This document shows, in pieces, positions 1 to 7,973 of a stretch of 64,000 bases of DNA; the first letter of the stretch is position 1, and every line of letters starts with the position of its first letter. A program made the translations under genes and the position numbers. Below the pieces are notes generated by a model. The model worked only from the letters and a program-made list of their open reading frames with translations, was not told where the DNA came from and did no database searches. The DNA lies in the NCBI GenBank assembly GCA_015523125.1, contig WAKX01000040.1, positions 19,601 to 83,600 of the forward strand, in the 5' to 3' direction. The stretch is from DHVE2 group archaeon. GTDB lineage: Archaea > Thermoplasmatota > Thermoplasmata > Thermoplasmatales > Aciduliprofundaceae.

Positions 1-2
1 AT

Positions 3-119
3 CAAAACGAGCCCATCGAGCCGGAGTTCAAAGTGGTGTCTAAGGATAAAATCATAATAAAGTGTCGCTATTGCGGCCGCGAGATGGACTCAGAAGACAT
101 AGTGGAAAACATTCTTTAA
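3..119 (+). CDS. 3' end of an unidentified protein-coding gene (partial at the window edge); the tail contains a CxxC zinc-ribbon-like motif
   Basis: Open frame from the window edge to TAA at 117-119. It translates to ...KIIIKCRYCGREMDSEDIVENIL*. No family recognised. Confidence 0.3.
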   Translation, partial: QNEPIEPEFKVVSKDKIIIKCRYCGREMDSEDIVENIL

Positions 120-175
120 TTTTTGATATGGAAAAAGATAAATCTTTGCGGGGAATTAAGGGGCTGGTGTGAAGC

Positions 176-1195
176 ATGGGTGTAGACATAGGGGACATAG
201 TAATCCGAAAGGAGTTGAAATTTTCCGAGTTAAAGGGAAGGGTTATTGCAATTGACGCTTACAACTCTCTCTATCAGTTTCTGAGCATAATCAGACAGCC
301 AGACGGAACTCCTCTTATGGACTCGAAAGGCCGAATAACTTCGCATCTCTCCGGATTGCTTTACAGAACTTCCAATTACATGTCCGAGGGAATCAAGCCC
401 GTTTACGTGTTCGACGGAAGGCCCCCGGAGCTCAAAAGGAAAACAATCGCAGAGAGAATTGAAATCAGAAAAAAAGCGAGAGAGGAATGGGAAAAGGCCG
501 TTGAAGAGGGAAATGAAGAAATTGCGAGAATGAAAGCTCAACAAGCGAGTTTTCTAACTAAGGAAATGGTTGAAGAGGCAAAAAAACTTCTCGATCTCAT
601 GGGCGTGCCGTGGGTTCAGGCGCCAAGCGAGGGAGAGGCCCAGGCCGCTTACATGACAAGAAAAGGCGACGCGTACGCATCCGCTTCTCAGGACTACGAT
701 TCCTTGTTATTCGGAGCGGTGAATTTAGTTAGAAACATGGCAATTACCGGCCGTAGGAAGCTTCCGAGGAAGAGGATTTACGTGGAAGTTAAACCGGAGT
801 TGATAAATTTAGATGAAAATCTCAAGAGAATGGAAATCACAAGGGAGCAGCTCGTGGACATAGGAATTTTGGTGGGAACCGATTTCAATCCCGGGGTGAA
901 GGGCATAGGACCAAAGACCGCGCTGAAACTAATAAAGAAATACGGCAAGATAGAGAATGTTATGGAAGAAAAGAGCATCGATATTCCGCATTACGAAGAA
1001 ATCCGAGAAATTTTTCTGAATCCTCCTACAACCGATGATTACAAGCTGGCATGGAAAGAGGTGAACGAGGAAAAGCTGTTGGATTTCATGTGCGGAGAGC
1101 ACGATTTCTCCCAAGAGAGAGTAAAAAGCGCAATTGAAAGAATTAACGAATTCAAGAAATTCAGAGAGCAGAGAAACTTAGATGCTTGGTTTTAA
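176..1195 (+). CDS. fen: Flap endonuclease 1 (FEN-1)
   Basis: 339 aa. The N-terminus MGVDIGD...IAIDAYNSLYQFL, the XPG-N/XPG-I motifs (VYVFDG, SEGEAQAAY, SQDYDSLLFG), the H3TH motif GTDFNPGVKGIGPKTA and the C-terminal PIP-like tail LDAWF are all present. Confidence 0.97.
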   Translation: MGVDIGDIVIRKELKFSELKGRVIAIDAYNSLYQFLSIIRQPDGTPLMDSKGRITSHLSGLLYRTSNYMSEGIKPVYVFDGRPPELKRKTIAERIEIRKKAREEWEKAVEEGNEEIARMKAQQASFLTKEMVEEAKKLLDLMGVPWVQAPSEGEAQAAYMTRKGDAYASASQDYDSLLFGAVNLVRNMAITGRRKLPRKRIYVEVKPELINLDENLKRMEITREQLVDIGILVGTDFNPGVKGIGPKTALKLIKKYGKIENVMEEKSIDIPHYEEIREIFLNPPTTDDYKLAWKEVNEEKLLDFMCGEHDFSQERVKSAIERINEFKKFREQRNLDAWF

Positions 1196-1213
1196 AAAGT
1201 TAATTTGATGAGT

Positions 1214-1337
1214 GGGTGACAGCGAACCGTGCTTCCCGGGAGCTCTCGCATCCCAGTACGCACACGGTACGCGGGCGGGCTTAACTTCCGGGTTCGGAAT
1301 GGGACCGGGTGTTTCCCCGCCGCTATGACCGTCACCC
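1214..1337 (-). rRNA. rrf: 5S ribosomal RNA (solitary, no 16S/23S in the window)
   Basis: The reverse complement reads GGGTGACGGTCATAGCGGCGGGGAAACACCCGGTCCCATTCCGAACCCGGAAGTTAAGCCCGCC...GCTGTCACCC. It has the canonical CCGAAC / GTTAAGC loop sequences and complementary termini. An AT-rich TATA-like element lies about 25 nt upstream (1350-1360). Confidence 0.93.
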
Positions 1338-1361
1338 GTTCCCTGTATTGAAGTTGCATAT

Positions 1362-1622
1362 TTAATTCTTTCGCTCCGGAGTTTTCACTACTTCTATATC
1401 CTCCTTTCTTGGAAATTCCTTAACGGGAACTACATTTTTACACTCGGCACAAACCATGTACTTCTTAGTACCAAGGGGAATGAGCGGAATAAAAAATATA
1501 CTGAATGCTCTCTTCTGAAGGAACAAATAATGCTTTGTATCTCGGCCGCATTTTTCACAGTATCTACTTGCATAGGCGTTGTAAGTAAAGTTTTTCTTTT
1601 TTACACCGAATAATATAATCAT
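1362..1622 (-). CDS. Small zinc-ribbon protein with a central hydrophobic segment
   Basis: 86 aa. Two CxxC pairs (CEKC...CAEC) flank FSIFFIPLIPL. There is a 4-nt ATGA overlap with the upstream gene. Confidence 0.6.
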   Translation of the reverse strand: MIILFGVKKKNFTYNAYASRYCEKCGRDTKHYLFLQKRAFSIFFIPLIPLGTKKYMVCAECKNVVPVKEFPRKEDIEVVKTPERKN

Positions 1623-2155
1623 TTTTTAAGCACCTCCTCTAATTTCGGTTTTTTGTATAGCCAAGAACCTGTAGCTATAGCCACAATAATCACCGAACCA
1701 CACAAAACATACCCTATGTTATCCACAATATCATCATATATGCCTTTGTTTTCCAGTTTTACCACTATGGTGTAGTTCACTGGACCCTGGCACTTGGCAC
1801 CAGTAGAGGAGTAATTCATATTATCCACCACAAGGTAGTAGTCGCCATTCCCACGCCATTCATAGTCCCTTGCGTTTTCCCTTGCATCTTCGTAGGAGAA
1901 GCTTATACTTGTGACATTGAGAAATTCGTCGTAATACTGCGTCTTTGTAAGAAGATAGAAATCAACGTTTTTATCAGTTGTAATCTTTACATCTAATACT
2001 TTTCCTGATTCTGTCATGTTCAGGTGGAATGTTTCAAACCAATCAGAGCTTATTGTCCCTGTTTCCTTGAAATTTCCGTGTATCTCAGTAGCTGAGGCAA
2101 ATGGCACACTAATGATTGCCAAGATTAACAAATACATATACCAATTACCCTTCAT
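1619..2155 (-). CDS. Secreted, C-terminally membrane-anchored hypothetical protein
   Basis: The start is chosen at MKGNWYMYLLILAIISVPFASA, which is signal-peptide-like. There are several N-x-S/T sequons and a C-terminal TM helix followed by a K-rich tail. The ORF extends to 2206. Confidence 0.6.
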   Translation of the reverse strand: MKGNWYMYLLILAIISVPFASATEIHGNFKETGTISSDWFETFHLNMTESGKVLDVKITTDKNVDFYLLTKTQYYDEFLNVTSISFSYEDARENARDYEWRGNGDYYLVVDNMNYSSTGAKCQGPVNYTIVVKLENKGIYDDIVDNIGYVLCGSVIIVAIATGSWLYKKPKLEEVLKK

Positions 2156-2222
2156 AGATTGGGTGAATAAAATACCTATTAAAAATTTTTCGATTAAGAA
2201 TGGCAAAAAGAAAAATAAGAAT

Positions 2223-2786
2223 TTAAATCAATCCAACGCTTCTCAGGTCCGCTTTGAGCTTCTTTATCGCTTCCACAATCTCCTCTTTCTTCTTAGCGCC
2301 GGTGCAGACCACCTTTCCGGAGCCGAAGAGTAGGAGAACAACCTTAGGTTCTTCTACGCGATAAACTAACCCGGGGAACTGCTCGGGCTCGTACTCAACA
2401 TTCTCTAAGCCAAGAGAAAGCGCAATATTCGTTAAATTCAATTCGGTCTCCAAGTCGTACACGGCCACGATGTTTTGAACCACAATTTTCGGATTATCGT
2501 AGACGTCTATCCCCGCCTGCTTCAGTCTCTCAACCAATGTATCTATTGTTTTCTTAACGCTCTCAATATCCTTGGCTCCTGTGCAATTTACCTTTCCGCT
2601 TCTGAATATCAAAACCGCAGTCTTCGGTTCCTTCAAGCGATAAATCAAACCCGGAAACTGCTCAGGCTCATATTCTGCCCCGTCAAGTGTCAAAGCAATT
2701 TTTCCAAGATCAAGTTTGTCCGCAAGCGCGGTGGATGCCACTATGTTTTCAATATGTACCTTCTCCTCTTCATTCATATACATCAC
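2223..2786 (-). CDS. tbp: TATA-box binding protein
   Basis: 187 aa with the direct-repeat architecture: IENIVAS...YEPEQFPGLIYR...LIFRSGKVNCTGAK, then VQNIVAV...YEPEQFPGLVYR...LLFGSGKVVCTGAK. Confidence 0.97.
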   Translation of the reverse strand: MMYMNEEEKVHIENIVASTALADKLDLGKIALTLDGAEYEPEQFPGLIYRLKEPKTAVLIFRSGKVNCTGAKDIESVKKTIDTLVERLKQAGIDVYDNPKIVVQNIVAVYDLETELNLTNIALSLGLENVEYEPEQFPGLVYRVEEPKVVLLLFGSGKVVCTGAKKKEEIVEAIKKLKADLRSVGLI

Positions 2787-2872
2787 CTTTAAATAGGGTA
2801 AGGGAAAGATATATAAATACTTCTTCGTGAAGCGTGGAAAACTAAAAATACTTCTTCAAATATAACGCGCAT

Positions 2873-3502
2873 GTGTGTATTTCCTCGTGCAATTATGATA
2901 AAATAGGCATTTGTGCAGGGATTATGTTCGAACTGGTCTTCTTCGTGACTCTCCCCATTTCCCTACTTTTAAATCCATGGTTTGATTACAGAATCCACGC
3001 ACTGAGCGATCTTGGAGCAATAGGAGCAAATCAGGCATGGATTTTCAACCTGGGATTGATTCTAACCGGAGTATTCGGAATAATATTTGCCACGAGAATT
3101 CTAATTAAACTCCCAACACCCATGGATACATTCGGCTATGGAATGCTCACTGGGGCGATATTTTACATATTTGTAGGCATATTTCCAGATAACGCAAAAT
3201 TCTACTTAATTCCGAACAAGCTCACATTTCACCTGTTTTTCACTCTTACCGGCTCCCTAATAGTTTCCCTTTTCATACTTCTCTACGCACTATACTGGAC
3301 ATGGAACAAAGAATGGAGGAAAGAGGGTATCACTCTTCTCGTGGTTGGATTCACATCGCCCACCGTAGTTCTTCTATTCGGGCCTCCAAGCCTCACCCCC
3401 ATCGAGCTTGTGTTCAGCGGGATAATTCTTCTTTGGTCTTACCTGTTAATATATCACCTCTGCGGAAGTGGAAAAAATGAAGATAATCTCGGTAATTCCT
3501 GA
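2873..3502 (+). CDS. Polytopic membrane protein (DUF998-like)
   Basis: 209 aa with about 6 hydrophobic helices. The family assignment is from memory only. Confidence 0.5.
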   Translation: MCISSCNYDKIGICAGIMFELVFFVTLPISLLLNPWFDYRIHALSDLGAIGANQAWIFNLGLILTGVFGIIFATRILIKLPTPMDTFGYGMLTGAIFYIFVGIFPDNAKFYLIPNKLTFHLFFTLTGSLIVSLFILLYALYWTWNKEWRKEGITLLVVGFTSPTVVLLFGPPSLTPIELVFSGIILLWSYLLIYHLCGSGKNEDNLGNS

Positions 3503-4157
3503 CGTAGAAGCGGTGTTCATCTCCCGTGAGAACAGATTTTTAGGGAAAGTGAAAATAGGCGATGAAGAGGTGAGAGTACACATACACGATCCCGGTAGGC
3601 TCCAAGAGTTGCTATACGAGGGCAATAAAGTTCTCCTGAAAAAAGCGCACGGAAAAAACAGGAAAACCTCGTGGGACTTGATAGCTGCAAAATACGAAAA
3701 CATGTGGGTTTTCGTGAATTCTTCTTATCACAGGAAGATAGCGGAAATCATTTTGAAGAATTCCCTGAGAGAGTATTCACTCCGAGCGGAAGTGAAAATA
3801 GGAAGAAGTAGAATAGACTTCATCGCCGAGGGAAAGGAAAAAATCGCAATCGAGGTGAAGGGATGCACTCTGGCTCGAGATAGTATAGCCCTCTTTCCCG
3901 ATGCCCCCACCGAGAGGGGCGCGAGGCATCTACAAGAACTAATGGAATTTATCGAGCAGGGAAACCATGCCATGCTCCTCATTCTCGTGTTTCGTGAAGA
4001 TTCTCGCTGCTTTCTCCCAAACACGCAGACCGATGAAAAATTCTCTTCGCTGTTCTGGAAAGCTGTAAAAATGGGAGTAAAAGTAAGGCCCATGCTCTTG
4101 AAATACGACGGAAGGGATATCTCTTATCTCCGAGATTTACCTGTTTGCACCCTTTAA
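3468..4157 (+). CDS. sfsA: SfsA-family nuclease-fold DNA-binding protein (sugar fermentation stimulation protein homolog)
   Basis: 229 aa. The N-terminal OB-like region (FISRENRFLGKV...VHIHDPGRLQELL) and the C-terminal region (RIDF...IEVKGCTL...FPDAPTERGARHL) are typical of SfsA. The alternative start is at 3477. Confidence 0.85.
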   Translation: MEKMKIISVIPDVEAVFISRENRFLGKVKIGDEEVRVHIHDPGRLQELLYEGNKVLLKKAHGKNRKTSWDLIAAKYENMWVFVNSSYHRKIAEIILKNSLREYSLRAEVKIGRSRIDFIAEGKEKIAIEVKGCTLARDSIALFPDAPTERGARHLQELMEFIEQGNHAMLLILVFREDSRCFLPNTQTDEKFSSLFWKAVKMGVKVRPMLLKYDGRDISYLRDLPVCTL

Positions 4158-4751
4158 TTTCTCAATATCTTCGGGCCTAAAAGTGACCTCGCCGGTCTTG
4201 AGATTATTAACCTCTTCCTTTGTTAATTTTCTCTTTTTCACCTTATTCGAGAGAATCGCACTGTTTCCGAATGGGTCATCTAAAATCATGGTGGCTTTCA
4301 TTCTCCCGTGGCGTATATACCCGATTTTTCTGAGAACATCCAATATATCCTCTCTCTTTGAAGGGTAAGTGTGGAGCAGCTGCACAAGGACATCAACAAA
4401 TCGATTCAAAACGCCTTCTACGTTGGTTATGAACGCCTCTGAATAAGGGCCGGGCTCCATCTTCGCCCCTATCTCGGGAATTGTTATGGTTCCCGATGTT
4501 GACCTTATCACCCTAGCGTTCAAATCATCTTCGGATTCCAAATCAATCTGGTATCTCGTGGGTTCGCGGGTCTCGAGCATCATTATGTCGCTGTGCTTGT
4601 AGCCACAGGACTTGCATATTATTGTGCTCTCCAAGCACTTGCCGAAATTAGGGATATCTAACTCCATGGCCCTGTAGACCAGAGTTTTCTTCCCGCAAAC
4701 CGGGCACGGCGTGGGTAGGGGCATCTCAACTTCTTCGTTGTTCATAGCCAA
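4137..4751 (-). CDS. ZPR1-type zinc-finger protein
   Basis: 204 aa. It carries CPVCGKK...ICKSCGYKHSD followed by a ZPR1-like beta domain. It overlaps the IDI2 stop by 10 nt, suggesting an operon. Confidence 0.75.
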   Translation of the reverse strand: MAMNNEEVEMPLPTPCPVCGKKTLVYRAMELDIPNFGKCLESTIICKSCGYKHSDIMMLETREPTRYQIDLESEDDLNARVIRSTSGTITIPEIGAKMEPGPYSEAFITNVEGVLNRFVDVLVQLLHTYPSKREDILDVLRKIGYIRHGRMKATMILDDPFGNSAILSNKVKKRKLTKEEVNNLKTGEVTFRPEDIEKLKGANR

Positions 4752-5746
4752 TACCTCAACTCTCCTTTGATAACGTGATCAACTTTTCTCATCTCTTCCA
4801 CATTCGAAACTCCACTTAGAAACATTGCAACCCTGAGCTCTTGAATTATTTCCTCCATCCTTTCGACCACAGCCACGTGTGATTTTGTTGCAAACCTCAA
4901 AATTTCCTTAGCGATTCCGGCCACATTTGCTCCAAGCGCCAGAGCCTTCGCCACGTCCAACCCATTCCTTATTCCGCCGGAACCCACAAGAGGAATGTTC
5001 AAATCCCTGAGAGTTATGAGAGAATACGGACTTGGTAATCCCCAGTTCCAGAAGAGTTTTCCCATCTTTCCACCACGATAAAATTCCACAGCCGAGAAGC
5101 TCGTGCCGCTCACACCACTCACATCGATTGCTTTAAATCCCATTTCTTTGAGCTTCTCCGCCGAGCTCCTATCGAAGCCGGCGCCAGTTTCCTTTGCAAC
5201 AAGGGTGAATTTCTTCGCAATTTGGCCCAATTTATCCATCAAACCTCCCACAACCCGATCTCCCTCGGGCTGCACCGACTCTTGAAGGTAATTGAAATGA
5301 AGCTCCAAAGCATGGGCGTCAACCATCTCTATGGCCCTTTGAACTTCCTCTTCCCCGTATCCCAATGAGAACTGCGGTGCCCCCAAATTCCCCATGCGAA
5401 GTGGGACTTCGTACTCTCTGATAACCGCATACGTGTCTTCTAAATTCGGATTCTCTATAGCACTCCTCTGGGAGCCGACAGCCATTCCTATCCCGAGTTC
5501 CTCAGCCGCACGCGCGATATTTTCGTTTATCTTCTTGGCCACGGGATGCCCGCCGGTCATGGCGTCGATTATTATCGGAGCCTGAAGTTCCCGGCCTAAA
5601 AATTCCACTCGAAGGTCTATGTCCTCCAAATCAACCTTCGGTATGGTCACATGCTTTAGAATCACATCGTCCCAGTAATTGTGAGATGCGTCAACATCCT
5701 TATCCAGACAGATTTTTATGTGCTCTAACTTGCGGTCTTCTATCAT
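4742..5746 (-). CDS. fni: Isopentenyl-diphosphate delta-isomerase, type 2 (FMN-dependent)
   Basis: 334 aa. MIEDRKLEHIKICL..., the TIM-barrel FMN motifs GSGGIRNG and AKALALGA. Confidence 0.93.
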   Translation of the reverse strand: MIEDRKLEHIKICLDKDVDASHNYWDDVILKHVTIPKVDLEDIDLRVEFLGRELQAPIIIDAMTGGHPVAKKINENIARAAEELGIGMAVGSQRSAIENPNLEDTYAVIREYEVPLRMGNLGAPQFSLGYGEEEVQRAIEMVDAHALELHFNYLQESVQPEGDRVVGGLMDKLGQIAKKFTLVAKETGAGFDRSSAEKLKEMGFKAIDVSGVSGTSFSAVEFYRGGKMGKLFWNWGLPSPYSLITLRDLNIPLVGSGGIRNGLDVAKALALGANVAGIAKEILRFATKSHVAVVERMEEIIQELRVAMFLSGVSNVEEMRKVDHVIKGELRYWL

Positions 5747-6477
5747 TCGACCACCGTCCCAATAAAGTCCCTATCGTTAATCACGTCAACAATTCTCTCG
5801 GGATAAAAGCCGTTCACCACGAAGACCTTGCTGTACTCTGCAATCTTTTTCATCACATCTATCTTCAAGTCCATTCCTCCGGTCACGTCGGTGACGCTTA
5901 TCTCAGTGCGGGCGTTTCTGTTCCTGCTGAATTTTTTTATTACTCTAGCTCCCTTCTCCCCCGGAGGTTTATTGTAGATGCCGTCCACATCCGTCAAAAA
6001 TATAGTTTTCTCCGGCCTGTATCTCTTCGCCAGTTCCAACATCAGAAGGTCGCCGGAGTATATGTTTATTCCCTTATTTTTATCGAAAACAGCGTCCCCG
6101 TAACTCATTGGAACGAACCCATAGTTAATGAGATAATCGAAAACCTCCAGATCCTGCTTTTCGCCCATGATCATGAACGCGTGGGGCGGCACGGATACGA
6201 CGGGAATCTCTTCTTCGACCAATATATTCACGAGAGTCGTGTTCAATTCCAGCATATCGCGCTCTATCTTCGCAAAACCAATCCTCTTCCACTCCTCAAA
6301 GCCACCTGTTATGCGGTACTGCTCCGCTAGAATGTGCCCAAAAGAACCGGCCCCGTGAACTAAAATCAGGTCTTTCTTCGGAAGAACCTTCGCTATTCTC
6401 CTAACCACGTCTTCCCTGAAGCCCTTGTACGTCGTCTTGTCCGATATGACACTGCCGCCGAACTTGATGAGGAGCAT
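5743..6477 (-). CDS. ipk: Isopentenyl phosphate kinase (amino-acid-kinase fold)
   Basis: 244 aa. MLLIKFGGSVISDK...LVHGAGSFGH...GDLLM...TDVDGIY. There is a 4-nt overlap with fni. Confidence 0.9.
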   Translation of the reverse strand: MLLIKFGGSVISDKTTYKGFREDVVRRIAKVLPKKDLILVHGAGSFGHILAEQYRITGGFEEWKRIGFAKIERDMLELNTTLVNILVEEEIPVVSVPPHAFMIMGEKQDLEVFDYLINYGFVPMSYGDAVFDKNKGINIYSGDLLMLELAKRYRPEKTIFLTDVDGIYNKPPGEKGARVIKKFSRNRNARTEISVTDVTGGMDLKIDVMKKIAEYSKVFVVNGFYPERIVDVINDRDFIGTVVE

Positions 6478-6512
6478 TACGAGGAAAAAAGAGCCGTTGT
6501 TAAAATAGTTTT

Positions 6513-7859
6513 CTAAGACCCAGTGGCTATTTTCACGTCCTTGAAAATCCTTATCTTTCTTATTTTATCCGCGTACCTGTAGTGAATCTTCATGCTTCCC
6601 TTGTTGCCATTTATGTTAATCATCCCGATTGCATCCTCGCTTATCCCGATTTTTTCAGCTTCTCTGATTATGTCCCACTCTCCAGCCTTCTTTGCCATGG
6701 TGAAGTGAACGTTGAGCATTCCGTACACGTCCGCGTAATGCCTGTAATCGACGCTTTTCTCCATTACCGAGTTTTCTATCTCCATCCTCTTCATATGCTT
6801 GTGCGTGTATTCTTCTATTCTCAAAAAGAACTCCTCGTCGTCGGGAGTTACGAATGTTATGGATTTTCCATCTTTGTCCAACCTGCCAGTTCTCCCGATG
6901 CGATGCACGTAATCTTTAGGAAACCGCGGAACATCATAATTAACGACGTGAGTTATGCCGCGAACATCTATGCCTCTGGAGGCGACGTCCGTAGCTATAA
7001 GAATCTTCACCTTTCCGCTCTTGTAATCATCCATAACGCGAGTTCTCGAACCTTGCCGCATGTCACCATGAATCTCCCGGGCCGGAAAGCCCATGTCCCT
7101 CAATCTTCTCGCCAAGTTCTGAACCATCAATTTCGTGTTGCAGAAAATTAGGTATTTTCCTTTCTCTTCCCGCAATAATGTCGCTAATTTGCTTATCTTC
7201 TCCTTCGGATTCACTTCGACGTAGTACTGCTTTATCTTCTCCGGGGATATGCTATCCGTTGACAGAATTATCTTCTTGGCCTCTTTCATATATCTCCTCG
7301 CCAGTTTTACCACCTCATCTGGCATGGTGGCCGAGAAGAGAAACATTCTTCTATTTGGGTTCGCTTTGGATATTATCCATCGAATATCGTCTATGAACCC
7401 CATGTCCAGCATGCGATCAGCCTCATCTAACACTAAAAATTTGAGCTTTGACAAATCCAAATACCCGCGGCGCATTAAATCCATCACTCTTCCGGGAGTT
7501 CCCACGATTATGCTGGCAGGAAGATTTCTGAGCTGATTATCCATGCTCACTCCACCGTATATTGCGACGGTTCTAACTCCGTAATTTTTTGCGATGCTCC
7601 TTGCCTCCTTCTCCACTTGCTGAGCTAGCTCGCGAGTCGGTACGAGTATAAGAGCTTCGTTTCCCTTGCCGTTTATCCCTTCAAATATTGGTATGAGAAA
7701 AGCCAGAGTCTTGCCAGAACCAGTCTTGGACTGAACTATGACGTCTCCCTTCATTGCGAAAGGAATGGCCTTCTCCTGCACATCCGTTGCCTCAGAAAAA
7801 CCTCTTATTTTAAGGGCTTTCTTTGTTCTCTTATCTATGTCCATTTCTTCGAAATTCAT
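6513..7859 (-). CDS. DEAD-box ATP-dependent RNA helicase with a C-terminal DbpA-like RNA-binding extension
   Basis: Q-motif (GFSEATDVQ), AKTGSGKT-like SKTGSGKT, PTRELA, DEAD, SAT, HRIGRTGR. The start is set at MNFEEM because an AGGTGAT SD lies just upstream. The ORF extends to 7880. Confidence 0.93.
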   Translation of the reverse strand: MNFEEMDIDKRTKKALKIRGFSEATDVQEKAIPFAMKGDVIVQSKTGSGKTLAFLIPIFEGINGKGNEALILVPTRELAQQVEKEARSIAKNYGVRTVAIYGGVSMDNQLRNLPASIIVGTPGRVMDLMRRGYLDLSKLKFLVLDEADRMLDMGFIDDIRWIISKANPNRRMFLFSATMPDEVVKLARRYMKEAKKIILSTDSISPEKIKQYYVEVNPKEKISKLATLLREEKGKYLIFCNTKLMVQNLARRLRDMGFPAREIHGDMRQGSRTRVMDDYKSGKVKILIATDVASRGIDVRGITHVVNYDVPRFPKDYVHRIGRTGRLDKDGKSITFVTPDDEEFFLRIEEYTHKHMKRMEIENSVMEKSVDYRHYADVYGMLNVHFTMAKKAGEWDIIREAEKIGISEDAIGMININGNKGSMKIHYRYADKIRKIRIFKDVKIATGS

Positions 7860-7973
7860 ACTATCACCTTCTAAACACATGGACAGCTGAACTCACTAGT
7901 AGCCCTAGGAATCATCTGCCCCATGCGATGCCATACGGCGCATGGTATTTAAAACTATGCTCGGAAAATATAA

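Noticed and set aside
5686-6330. 214-aa plus-strand ORF across the fni/ipk junction
   Set aside because: - It is antisense to two well-supported mevalonate-pathway genes.
- It has no motifs and spans a gene boundary.
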